In this document: in pieces, positions 1 to 12,021 of the stretch
How the letters are laid out: every line of letters starts with the position of its first letter
Numbering within the stretch: the stretch's first letter is position 1
DNA from: Octopus sinensis
Taxonomy: Eukaryota
Length of the DNA: 64,000 nt
Assembly (NCBI RefSeq): GCF_006345805.1
Contig: NC_043002.1
Coordinates: 95,604,001-95,668,000, forward strand
Reading direction: 5' to 3'
Notes under the pieces: model-generated
The model's database searches: none
Told to the model about the DNA's origin: nothing
The model's input: only the letters and a program-made list of their open reading frames with translations
Program-made: the position numbers and the translations under genes

Positions 1-91
1 CACTTGCCCAAGGTGCCATGCAGTGGGACTGAACCCAGAACCATGTGGTTGGTAAACAAGCTACTTACCACACAGCCACTCCTGCACCTAT
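1..91 (-). mobile_element. SINE family 1 (tRNA-derived head, octopus OR-like), 5' head fragment
   Basis: Reverse complement reads GCAGGAGTGGCTGTGTGGTAAGTAGC...GGGTTCAGTCCCACTGC (A/B-box-like), matching the full-length copy at 46428-46852. Confidence 0.8.
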
Positions 92-627
92 ATATATAAC
101 CATCAAAGAACTGCTCATCATAAAATCATAATATTTATAATTCAAGAAGATAAAAAAAATTTCGAAGATATTAATATTTGTCATTACATATTAAGTGTAA
201 TTATTAGAGTTTATTATATTTCAAACCATTGTGAACAAGGAAGGAAAATATGTCAGCCAATTGAGTTTACTTGTTGGCAGCTATCCATGCTATTTGGCTG
301 GTATCTAATAGATAAATAGGAAATCTTAGTGAGGATTACATTGATTATCTAAAGAAAAATTAATACAATGAAAGGTATGTTTCCAAATAAGTCATAATCT
401 TATAGGCAACACCTCACAAGAGACCCAATTACAGTTTTAGAACACGCACACACCCACCCACGCACGCACACACACATACACGTACATAAACACGTACACT
501 TACTGTATATAGATATGTATACAGAAAGATATAAGACTACACACACACACACACACAATACAAATATATATGTGTGTGTGTGTGTGTGTGCGTGCTTGTG
601 TGTGTATATATATATATATTCTCTTAT

Positions 628-962
628 TTTTTTACTTGTTTCAGTCACTTGACTGCAGTATGCTGGAGCAATGTCTTAAAGGGTTTTAGTCAAAGAAATC
701 GCCCCAGAACTTATTCTTTGTAAGCCTAGTACTTATTCTATCAGTCTCTTTTACTAAGCCGCTAAGTTACAGGGGCATGAACACACCAACACTGGTTGTC
801 AAGTGATGGTAGGGAAACAAACACAGACACAAAGATACACACACATAAATATATAAATATATATAAGAGGGGCTTCTTTCAGTTTCCAACAACCAAATTC
901 ACTCATAAGGCTTTGATCAGCCCAAGGCTATAGTGGAAAACACTTGCCCAAGGTGCTACACA
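628..962 (-). mobile_element. SINE family 1, older copy
   Basis: Carries the tail TTACTTGTTTCAGTCA.TTGACTG, the body and the internal microsatellite seen in other copies. Confidence 0.75.
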
Positions 963-1098
963 GTGCTACACTCAGGGATGCTCTTAAACTCAAGAAATGA
1001 GATCTATAGCTTCCATTCTAGATGCTACCTGCCACAGGCATGGAATTTCCCATTCATCAATTAGTGATGTAAAAAATACTTGGAGATCAAAACCAGCT

Positions 1099-1150
<52 letters not shown>
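1099..1150. repeat. (TAGA)n microsatellite
   Basis: Direct reading. Confidence 0.95.
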
Positions 1151-1151
<1 letters not shown>

Positions 1152-1723
1152 GGATGGATTTTATATACTTACATACACGTATGTGTGGAGGGGGTAACAA
1201 TTTATGGAGTTGGTGAGGTTGACCACATTTTTGATGCGATGTAGCAAGTGACTCCAATTCAAGATGTGCAGGAAAAGAATATATTTATTCTCAAACTACG
1301 TTCATGAACAGAAATTTCTATGACTGATTACCCTACATTTTAGTAATTATTTCTATTTATAAGTAACCAAATATTATCCAATATTTTGAAGATGGCATTG
1401 CTATTTTCAAAAACGTTTGTAGGTGCTGCGAACAAAGTCATTTTATGTGAAAACAAAATAATTTTCAAGTTAGTCTTCATAATGTAAAATGTCTTAGAAA
1501 TGAAAGTTCAGACATGTTGACAAAGTTCATAGAAATTATTAAAGGTCATAAAAGTTAATAGATAGTTCATTAGAGAATCTATTAAAATGTTTTAGGATTG
1601 AATATCAAACGAAGTTGAAAGAGAGTTCATTGAAGTTAAATAGACCATTCATTAGGAAAAATTTTAAGAGTTCAGTCTCATAACATACTCAACATAACTT
1701 CGTCTGTCATATTTCCCTGTTGC

Positions 1724-1845
1724 TTACTGCTGGCTGTTGCCCTTGGCAGTAGTTGCAAGACGATTGTACTCAGGAAGAACACGCGCTTTGGCTGCATCAA
1801 CATTCACCACGTTGCACCCATCATAGCTCCCAAGGTACTCAGTGA
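1724..1845 (-). CDS. Candidate terminal coding exon of an unidentified host gene (TEYLGSYDGCNVVNVDAAKARVLPEYNRLATTAKGNSQQ*)
   Basis: Higher-GC island in AT-rich DNA; pyrimidine-rich acceptor TCTCTCATTTTGTACCAG on the minus strand; open frame to TAA; not repeated elsewhere in the window; product not recognised. Confidence 0.35.
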
Positions 1846-1907
1846 CTGGTACAAAATGAGAGAAGGTTATTAAATATATGTAACCATCTAAATGTATGAG
1901 ATGTTTT

Positions 1908-2355
1908 GGATCTTTTCGGTTTGAACGGCAGTTTTTTTAAGCGGTGTCATATGAAATTGTCACCCATAATTATGACCCTAGAATCGATCTATTGCGTTTC
2001 AATCTCTTTTAGGGTTAGGGTTAGTTAGGGTTAGTTAGGGTTAGGGTTAGGGTTAGGGTTAGGGGTGGGAGAAGGGTATCTTTTTTTCTTCACTAATAAA
2101 CCCAGTCTATTTCTTAAACGAGGGACATATTCATACAGCACAGAATGCTTTTTAATTCAATAGATGTCACTGATTGGTTGAAATTGCAGAAATTGAAGAA
2201 AAAAAACAACAAATATCTTACAAACTATAGAATTTTCTCAATAAAGCCAAGAAAAAATGATGTTTTATAAACCCATTCTACCAGTATACGAAGTTTAAAA
2301 TTTTTTAGTTACCTAGAAATTATGTTAAAAACTGCCGTTCAAACCGAAAAGATCC
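1908..2355. mobile_element. MITE with 5'-GG TIRs and ~8-bp TSD (Merlin-like), containing internal (TTAGGG)n
   Basis: TIR GGATCTTTTCGGTTTGAACGGCAGTTTT / AAAACTGCCGTTCAAACCGAAAAGATCC; flanks gATGTTTT / aATGTTTT (7/8 match); second copy at 47394. Confidence 0.8.
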
Positions 2356-2598
2356 AATGTTTTTCACCATTCACTCTTCTACCTTCTTGGTATTTCTGCC
2401 TTCTATATGCCTCTCATCTTTTTCCACACACTTTTACAACTCATCCACCACATACTTGTGATCTGCCTTTCCTTTAATCTTTCTCTATCTATTGTGTTGC
2501 TGCTGTTGTTGTTGTTGTTGTTGTTTTTGTTGTCACTTAGAAATCTATATATTTCGAACGAGAATTTGGCAGCACCACCTCTAGCCAAACAATTATTC

Positions 2599-2800
2599 TG
2601 TGCTGATGAAGGGAAATAACCCAGAAATCATGACACATAGATATTATTTTGAGCAGAGTGGGTGGGTGCTAGATTCCCTTGTTCGAAAATATGAGGACAC
2701 AGATAGTGTCTTATAGCCAGCTGGAGTCGATGTCTCCTGGGGCTAAACTATAGCAATATCCATCCTAAACCAGGAGTGCCATGTTATGTTGGCAAACAAT
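2599..2800 (+). mobile_element. Decayed PLE pseudo-LTR/retrozyme-like unit (related to family C) with a defective hammerhead
   Basis: tgtg-CTGATGA-AGGGaaataaCCCA-GAAA-TCATGA-caca lacks the UH triplet; downstream GGACACAGATAGTGTC...GGGGCTAAA motifs match the units at 18-19 kb and 53.6 kb. Confidence 0.6.
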
Positions 2801-2859
2801 CTTTACTATAAAGTACTTTTACTGAACATCTCACATTGTGAGATTTAAAAATAGTAATT

Positions 2860-4957
2860 TTCTAATTATTGTATTTTTCTGTTGAGATTACATATTTCTG
2901 GAATTGACCAGTTAATGATATTAAAACTGTAAGTTACAACTGGTATGGCTGAAATATTGATCACTTTGATCCTGTTTCTTGCATTCATCTCTGTCTTGAG
3001 TATTGCTCTTACTATGCAATAGCATTCTCTTCTGATCCTTTCCCTCATCACTGAATGTTTGATTCCATCCCCTAAAATACCCCTAGGTATTTGTAGCTCT
3101 CCGCTTGTTCTAATTCCTTTATGACATTCCGCTGGTTGAGATTAACATTGGATGTTTCTGTCATTTTCCCTTTGATAAAGGTAGCTTTTGCACATTTATT
3201 GAGGCCAAATTGCATGCTGATGTCATCACTGCATTGTTTAACAATCGCCAGTAAGCCCTGTAGTTGTTGGTCAATTTCTGCAATGATCATTAAATCATCC
3301 ATGTAAATAAGATGATTTATATTTTTATCACACATTTTATAACTGTATTGTACATCATTGAGCAATTTCCAGAGAGGTATTAAGGCTAAACAAAAGAGGA
3401 GTGGTGATAGAGAATCACCATGGAAAATGCCACATGAAATTCTTACATCTCCAGCATTGAGAAATTCATTGTCACTGTTCAAAGTCAGTGTGGTTCTCCA
3501 TGATCACATAATTACAGACAAGGAGTTTTGCAGAGTAAGTGCTATTTTATACATTTCCAGACATTTCTTAATCCAGCTATGTGATAGACTATCAAAAGCT
3601 TTTTTACAGTCTATCCAGGCTATCAACAAGTTTCTGTGTCATTTGTGACAATCTTCCAAGATCATCTTATTGATGGGTAGCTGATCTTTACAACCATAGG
3701 ACCCACATTTACTTCTTTGCTAATTAGGGAATATGCCACTTTCTATTAAAAAAATTTAGGTATATTCAGTCAAGACAGATGTTAGCATTTTATACATTGT
3801 TGTGAAGCAGGTTATGGGTCTATAATTGTTTTGGTTTTTTTGTTTCTTCATTTTTTGGAAGTAGGTATGTTACACCATTAACTAGCCAAGAGGAAATTAT
3901 ACTAGGTTGTTGCAAAACATTGTTGTAAAGTTTTGTTAGCAGTTCATGGCTCTCTGGGAAGGCATTCAGCTAGAAGTTAGGAATTTTATCCTTTCCTGGA
4001 GACTTCCATTTGCTTGATTTCCTGAGAGCAGATCTTACATCCTCTACCTTGATATGCTGCCACTTTTGTTCTTCTAAGGAGTCTAAGTCTGTAGATATTC
4101 TATCAATCCAAGAGGCCTTTTTATTGTGTGTTTTTTCTTCTGCCCAAATTTTATTCAAGAATTCCTGCATTTCTTTTGATGGGAAAGACATTACTGTAAC
4201 TGGTATTTTCCCTATCTTCCTGTAAAAATATTTTGGGTTATTTTTTAACATGTTGTTGTCCTTGAAGAATCTAATGTGCTTTTCATACCTTGCTATGCGG
4301 CAGCTTTAGCACATACCTTTTGCTTGATGGTGGTATCAATGTCAAATATGGTTTTCATATTATATTTTTTTCTTTAATTTTCGGATCTTTGTTGGTTTGA
4401 TAGTCTTGTCAAGCTTAAGGTTTTTTAAACATTCTATGTCAGATCTAAGTAGCTGAATTTGGTGTAGGCTTTTTGTGGGAATGTTGTTTTCTAATCTTTT
4501 CACTATATAAAATCATTGAGATTTTCGCGGATGCATAGTACAGGTGGTTGAGATCTGTAATATCAACATCATTAGCTGAAATCATATCCTTAAGTGCAAG
4601 ATTTTGGTTAGAATTGCAAATTTTTAGGAGATTGTTGAATTCATTCATACTGGCTTCTTTAATTTTCAGCCATTCAATCATGATTTGATTGTGTAGATCA
4701 TGTAGTTCTGTTGGGTCAATTTCTGTGTGACTTTCTTCATCTATTTGATTTTCATCTGCCTTGGTGTTTATGGTTGGTTCAGAGAGTATTTCACTTTGCT
4801 TATCAGTTACATTAACTCTTTCAGTCATTATTGCATTTTCATCAGCCCTGGGCTGGTTTATAATTATTTTCTCAGTAGTATCTTCTTTTGCTGCAACTTT
4901 GCTCCTTTTATCCCTTACTGATTATTTAATTTGGTCAATCTCTAATTCAGTTAGTAA
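2860..4957 (-). mobile_element. Decayed R4/Dong-clade (RLE) non-LTR retrotransposon, N-terminal region + RT
   Basis: ORF fragments WKSPGKDKIPNF, GIFHGDSLSPLLFCLALIPL, INHLIYMDDL, FGLNKC, YKYLG; multiple stops and frameshifts. Confidence 0.85.
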
Positions 4958-5030
4958 TCGTCGTCGTCGTCGTCCTCGTTATCGTCCTTGTCATCGTCGT
5001 CGTTGTCGTCATCGTTATTATTATTATTAG
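4958..5030. repeat. (GAC/GAT/TAA)n trinucleotide tract between two R4-type fragments
   Basis: Direct reading; follows the 3' UTR of the upstream (minus-strand) fragment. Confidence 0.85.
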
Positions 5031-5880
5031 GTGATGAAAACTAACAGCTTATTTTGCTGGGTATGATAGAGTGTCAGTTGTCTACTGCCAGCAAACTAAG
5101 GCAACACTTATTTAGTGGTCTTGCTTCAAGAACCCTGCGAAGAATTCTTGCAGTTCCAAGCAATGCTGATTTTTGTAGGCGTTCTACCTTTACATTTTTT
5201 CAGCCATGTTGGTAGTTGAGTGCTGATACTTCCAAGTGCACCAATTACAATTGGTATCACATCTACTCTCTACGTTGACCACAACCTTCGTTTTTCCCAT
5301 TTCAAATCATCATAGTTGCTTATTTTTTCTTCTTTTACATTGATCTTGTTGTCACCGGGGCATACTATGTTGATTATCATGCATGTTCTTTCCTTTTTTA
5401 TTAACCACAACAATGTCCAGTATCTGGTGTCTGGTCAGGTGACTGCACTGGATCATTGCATCCCACATGATTTTGTAATTCACCACGTGACTCCTTCTGG
5501 GGTTTGTTCATGCCACGACTTTGCTCTTTGCAGGCCATGATTTCCACAGAGCTCCCAATGGATCATTCTGCCACATTGTCATGCTGTCTTTTGTATTCAG
5601 GTTGTGCCAATTTCGGGCATTTGCTAATGATGTGCCATACCTTTTCTCCCCTCTCGCCACACATTCTGCATTTGTCACTGTCAGTAGTGTTGCCTATTCT
5701 GCACTTCACATAGTTGCTCCTTAACACTTATTCTTGAGCTGCGCATATAAGTGCTTCTGCCACTATCTTCAGGTCACTCCTCCTCATCCATAGTCACCAG
5801 TCCTCCGTACCCGTCTTGGTGTCTACATCTCTTGCAAACTGACCATACATTTTTTTTCCAGCACGCTAATGATTCAGCCA
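5031..5880 (-). mobile_element. 5'-truncated R4/Dong-clade LINE 3' end (zinc knuckle + RLE endonuclease)
   Basis: Minus-strand translation gives MYGQFARD..., AEALICAAQE, VIPIVIGALG and RLQKSALLGTARILRRVL. Confidence 0.8.
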
Positions 5881-7090
5881 GCTAACCACTTTAAAGGAGA
5901 AGATACATATTAAACCATGCAGTCCAAGAGACCTAAAAAAAGGTGAGATGTAATTGTCATGGTTGGATTGCCTTTCATCATAGGTTTCTCAGAGTTAACC
6001 TGTAGTTAAACAATGTGCGGTCATTAAATGTGTATCAGTTCAAATCTCCCAAATGTATGTTTAGTTAATACAAAATAAAAGTTACAATAAGCTACAGCTA
6101 ACTATTAATTGATTGATTGATTCTAGTTTCAGCTCATGAGCTGTGGCCATGCTGGGGCAAAAATGTTCAGGAAATGCAGCAGACTTTGATAGATTTAAAT
6201 TTGCAAAAAAAATTGGCTAAACTGGCAAAATGACCATTCCGAAATACAACAATAAAAATGTAGTTTTATCAAAAACATAATTATATTTAATTTTTAATTT
6301 TTTTATTCTTTTACATTTTATTTTGAAATTTTCGGGGAATCACAGATAACCAAATAAAGCACCCATCCTACACTCTAGTAGGAAACAGATTCAGTGCTAA
6401 AGTACTTAAATTTTATAACTATGCTGTCATATTCAACTTTATTTATACTTTAAAACTATAAGCATTTTGAATGCAGCACAATTTTTTTTTTTTTTTTTTT
6501 CCTTTTTGTTAAATTTGGTGAAACTTTTTTTTTGCAAATTTAAATCTATCAAAGTCTGCTGCATTTCCTGAGCAAAACAGTTACTGCCTACATATCCTAC
6601 TTCTCTCATGCTTGGGGTTTGTGATTTCAGAAAGCACCAGTGGTTATATAACTGATACACTACATTAACAAATCACATTGAAATGCAGCAAAATTTTGCC
6701 TGAGATTCACAGACAAAACAAGCTTTACATCAGTAACCTTTCATGATATTTACATTTAACCTAAACTCAAAATCCCATGAGCTATTCAAGAACTAAACAA
6801 AAAAAAAACCATCCTACGTTATTGGCATGAACTACATGAGTACATATGTGTATATGTATAAAAAAAAAATTAAAAGTTTAAAAGTTTAAAAATTTAGAAT
6901 TTTTAAAAATATATATAAAAAATATAAAAATTTATAAATATAAATTAAAAAATTTTAAATTTAAATAATTTAAATTTTAAATTTTACATTTTATATATTT
7001 TGTATATTATATTAATTATATTTATTTTTATGTATTGGTTTATGTTTTTCACTGTTTGATTTGCCTAATAGTGGTTTTATCTCTAATATA

Positions 7091-7139
<49 letters not shown>

Positions 7140-7925
7140 TGACCAAGACTTTTGGAGATATGCTGTGCTTGAGAAGACCCAGCAAGCTAAGTGAAATTGT
7201 AGCTGTTGCCTATGCCAGTGTCACATAACCAGCCTATTTAAGAGTACCCTTCAATCATCAGATTATATGCTGTGCTTGAGAAGACATGTTGAGTCAAGTG
7301 AAATCAATGTCATGGCCGATGTCAGTACCATGTGACTGGCACCCATGTCAGTGGCACATAGAAAGCACCATTCAAGTGTGGTCAATGCCACTTCCACCTG
7401 ATTGACCCCTGTGTCAGTGGCACATAAAAAGCACTCACTACACTCTCAGAGTGGTTGGTGTTAAGAAAGGGATCCAGCTGTAAGAAACTTTGCCAGATCA
7501 GATTGGAGCCTGGTGCAGCCTCATAGCTTGCCAGTCCTCAGTCAAAGCATCCAACCAGTATGGAAAGCAGACGTTAAATGATGATGATATATCATCATCG
7601 TCATCATCATCATTTAACATTCACCTTCCAAACTTGCATGAGTGGGATGGTTTCACAAGAGCCGGCCAGGCAGACGCCTGCACCAGACTTCTGTGACTGT
7701 TTTGGCAAGATTCTTACAGCTCAATTCCCTTCCTAACACCAACCACTCAGCAGAGTGGACTTAGTGCTTTTTTATGTGGCACAAGTACAGGCAAGATCAG
7801 TTTTGGCAAGGTTTTTACAGCTAGATACCCTTCCACACTCCAACCACTTTACAGTGTGGATTTTAAGTGCTTTTGGGGGCTTTTAAGTGACACCTACACT
7901 GACAGGGTCACCAAGTACTGGCAAG
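7140..7925. mobile_element. Two SINE family 2 copies, tail-to-tail (plus 7140-7590, minus 7596-7925)
   Basis: GGTGTTAAGAAAGGGATCCAGC...GACGTTAAATGATGATGAT meets ATCATCATTTAACATTC...; shared (GAT)n tail type. Confidence 0.65.
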
Positions 7926-9568
7926 ACAAAAAAAAATTTCAAGAGGGCAAGAGGCATTGGAGGAAGTGATCTTGTGTTGGATGATGAAAGGTTATAGTGA
8001 GACAAAGAGCCAGAAATAGGTGTTTTGCTGTAGTGTAAGTACAAGGTTACCCGACTGGAAAGAAAGAGAGAGAGAGATCAGGTATGAAGATAGAAACAGG
8101 TGCACTACCACAAAGGAAATACATGGTTACTCAACCTGAGGGAAGTGCAGGAGAAGGAGAGAGTGTGGGAGACAGCAGGATAGAGATAGTGACAAAGTGC
8201 CAGGCATACTCACAAGAGACAGGGATCAGAATATAAATGGGATGGTTGAGTGAAGGAAGAGAGAGAAATAGATGGTGGCAAATGCCAGGGCATACCTTTG
8301 AGCTTTGAACGCCATAATATAAGTGCAAGATATTGCAAAGGAAGTGTGATTAAAAAGTGTAAAGGGGGGAGTGAACTGCGTAAATCTGAGAATATATAGA
8401 GTCAGGAGGCAACTGGATAGCAATGATACAGAAGAACAGGGCCATGAGGACAGGATTGGGGAGTGAGAGCTAGGCATAGTGTATGAAGGAGGAAATATGA
8501 GAAAGAGAAGAGATGTGGAGATGAATCCAAAACCACATAGCTTAACTACACAACCATGCTTACTCCTACATTAACACAAAATGAGATCACCCACCCAGTG
8601 CCATCACAGATATATGTAAGCACATTGCCCTACACTAAAATCTAGTGGAACCTTTGGTTTTTAAACTTACTGAAGTCTGTAACCATCGTTGCCTATACAC
8701 CACTTTTCTCATGTTAAAAGCTTTCGTATACAGATTTTACTACCGATCAAACCAATCCCTATCTTGAAATATATGTCAACAAAAACCATGATTTGTTCTA
8801 AAGTGTAATAAATGATGACAGCAACAGGCTGTAACTGTCCAACTAAAAAGAAAGAAAAAAATCAATGCCTTTTCTTTTTCTCTTTCTCTCTCCATCTTTC
8901 TCTCCCTCTCTCTTTATCTCACTTTCACTCTCTCTCTCTCTCTTCTGTTCCTATCCTTCAGTAGTATCCCATGAGACTATCAGAGCAGCTTTAATGACAA
9001 TCGTTAATGAAAAACTAATAAATATTTCGCCCCAACAGAAGTAAACTATGCAATAACTGAGTGATTAGAATAAATACTAACCTAAGATACATATTCTTCA
9101 ATTGCTTTCACCATTTCTTATAGGCAATCTTCACAATTCCACAGACGTATGTCAATAAAACAAATTTATACCCATGGAAAGGATTCTAGATAAACTTTTC
9201 ATTTAATTTTGTAGCCTTTCTTTACCAAACACAAATTTTATTACAGGCAATGTCTTAGAACCAACTGTGAACTTATATTCTGCATGTCTTTTAATTTGAC
9301 ACAAAATTCCACAATCTGACTGCACCTTGGCATAGCTACGATATTAAATCTCCCATAAAATTGATAGAATTTTAGTATACTTTCTGGATTTTAGCATAAC
9401 ATATTGCTAATATTTACTTTGTATCAGATGACAAATACAAGAATTCTCTGAAGAGCAATAATTTCATGCGAGCAATATATTTAACATATTCTTTACACTT
9501 CTTCAGTGAAATTTTGTTTTGTCCTTCAATAATATTCGCATTATTTATATTACTATTGCAGTACTTTG

Positions 9569-9569
<1 letters not shown>

Positions 9570-9644
<75 letters not shown>

Positions 9645-9645
9645 A

Positions 9646-9715
<70 letters not shown>
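9570..9715. repeat. (CT)n microsatellite
   Basis: Direct reading. Confidence 0.95.
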
Positions 9716-9718
<3 letters not shown>

Positions 9719-9931
9719 CAAGAAATATTGTTTTCCAGTTTAATGATCATTTATGTTAATCAGTATGATTTATAATACTTTATTTTCCAGTCAAGTTTCT
9801 TAATCAACAAAATATTGGAGATTTTTTTCTTTTTCACCAGCTTTCATTATAATCTTCATTCATCTTCTTTATCAGTGACAGCATTACACCACACACACAC
9901 ACACAACACAATATGTGAGTGACAGTATGTA

Positions 9932-9978
<47 letters not shown>

Positions 9979-10094
9979 CATACATATGTCATATATATAT
10001 ATATATATATATACATACATACATATATATATTATCTGGTGTGTGTATATATATATATATGTATGTATATATATATATTATATATATATATATA

Positions 10095-11860
10095 ACGGGA
10101 AGCTTACGAAAATAAACAAAAGACAAAGGCAGGAGGAGTACAAACAACAAACAATTGTATTAGTATGGCGCTCAGGAATAGAAATAAAACAAGTCTTTTA
10201 CGTTTCGAGCCTACGCTCTTCAACAGAAAGATACACAGAGAGAAACGAGGAAAGAAAAAAATGCGTGCAGGAGCTAACGATTTAACATGGCGGTCTGATT
10301 TTGGCCAGAAGTCAGAGATCCGACGTTGGACACAAGAGGGATAGTAGGGGAGATAACAAGGTCAAATGACCTCGCCCCAACATAAGGGTGCGTGTGTGTA
10401 TGAGAGAGTATGTATGTGCGTATGAAAGGTCTGGACGCGTGTGTATGTATGTAGATGTGATGGGTAATGTCGTATGGTGTAGTGTAGTGTAGTGTGGTGG
10501 GAGGTGGGGAAAGCCATGTGGGGTGTGGGTTCGGCTGGGGGTTGGGGTAGAGTGGGGGTTGTGGGGAGAGTGAAAGGGGGAGAGAAGAGAGAGGGAGGAG
10601 TGGAGGAGGGAAGAGAGATGAGGTGAGGGGAGAGAGGGAGAGAGGAGAGATGAGGAGGAGGGGAGAGATGAGGAGGAGGGAGAGAAGAGATGAAATGAGG
10701 GGGTGAGGGGGGAAAAGAAGGAAGGAGAGGGGAGATGAGATGAGGTGAGGGGGTGAGGGGGGAAAAAAGGAAGGAGAGGAGAAGATAAGGGGGATGGGAA
10801 AGGAGGGGAGGGGGAGATAAGGGGAGTGAGGGAGCAGAGAGAAAGAGAGAAGGGGAAGAGGGAAGAAGAAAGAGGAAAGAAGAGGAGGGAAAGAGAGTAG
10901 GGGTGAAAAGATGAAGGACTGAAGAGAAGTAGAAGTCGGGGAGAGGTTAGATGAGAAGGGGGGAGAGTTGAGACCGAATGGCATGAAAGAGCGAAGAGAG
11001 AAGATTAATTCCTGTTCACGGTGCAAACGGGAATCCGGATGGCCTCTGTGCAAGGATAATCCGAACACAGACAGGTGTTGCAAGGAGTGACCAGTGGAGC
11101 GGAAATGGCGTGAGACCGGTGTGTCGTTGGCAAGGCGGATGTCACGGAGGTGTTCCGCAAACCAGTCAGCCAAGCGGCATCCCGTTTGTCTGATGTACAG
11201 GGAATGGCAGAGAGAGCAGGAGATGCAATAGATGATATTGCTGGAGGTGCAGGTGAAGGAGTTGATGATGCGATAGGGTCGATGATGGGTGCCAGTGAGG
11301 AGGGTGGTGTTGGAGAGGTAAGGACAAGTGCAGCAACGTGGGCGGGAGCAGGGGAACAAGCCAGGTGGTAGGTAGGGTCAGGGAAGGAGCTGTGGATCAA
11401 GAGGTCTCGTAGGTTATGGGCTCGTTTGAAGGAGGAGAGGGGTGGAAGAGGTTAGAGGAAGAGGCATGAAGTGGATGGGTCGGACTGGAGATGCCGGAAA
11501 GCTTGAAGAATGGTGCGTTGGAGAGGTAGGGTTGTGGGGTGGTAAGTGAGGGGAAAAGGGAGGTGGGAGACTACAGGACGGTTTGGGGAGAGAGAGCAGA
11601 TGCACGGTCTATGGAACATGCTCTGGCAAGGGCGGTGTGGATAGTGGTGAGGGGGTATCCACGTAGGATGAAGTGACGAGCCATGAGTTGAGACTGAGTC
11701 TCAAAGTCATGGTCGTCACTACAGAGCCTACGTAGACGGAGGAATTGGGAATAGGGGATGGAAAGCTTGGTGTGTTTGGGGTGGGAGGAAGAGAAGTTTA
11801 GGTATGAGTGTGAGTCTGTGTGCTTGTAGTGAATGGAGGTGGTAAGAGTGGAGTGATGAA
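10095..11860 (-). mobile_element. 5'-truncated Penelope-like element, Neptune-type (RT thumb + Cys linker + GIY-YIG), copy 1
   Basis: [37 protein letters not shown]; linker CSRPRCCTC; NIIYCISCSLCHSLYIRQTG...EH...HF...GLN; 3' hammerhead; flanked by (TA)n. Confidence 0.9.
10194..10231 (-). ncRNA. Minimal type I hammerhead ribozyme (family E), atypical core CUGUUGA
   Basis: tcttt-CTGTTGA-A-GAGC(gtag)GCTC-GAA-ACGT-A-aaaga; palindromic stem III ACGU, GUA triplet. Confidence 0.7.
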
Positions 11861-11989
11861 TGATACATACATATATATACATACATATATACATATATAT
11901 ATACATACATATGTATATATATATTATATATATATATATACCATACATACATATATATATATATGTGTGTGTGTATATATATATATATG

Positions 11990-12020
<31 letters not shown>

Positions 12021-12021
<1 letters not shown>

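Noticed and set aside
1385-1425. TTGAAGA...AAAACGTT hammerhead-like string
   Set aside because: No GAAA adjacent to stem II and no stem I pairing
2009-2064. (TTAGGG)n as a chromosome end or fusion scar
   Set aside because: Lies inside a TIR-bounded MITE present twice in the window
8671-8842. Strong acceptor/donor-flanked minus-strand exon
   Set aside because: Stops in all three frames; could be UTR or non-coding but cannot be supported as CDS
10480-10960. Long Pro/Leu/Ser-rich C-terminal extension of the PLE ORF
   Set aside because: Translation of a purine/pyrimidine low-complexity 3' UTR after the GLN end of the endonuclease
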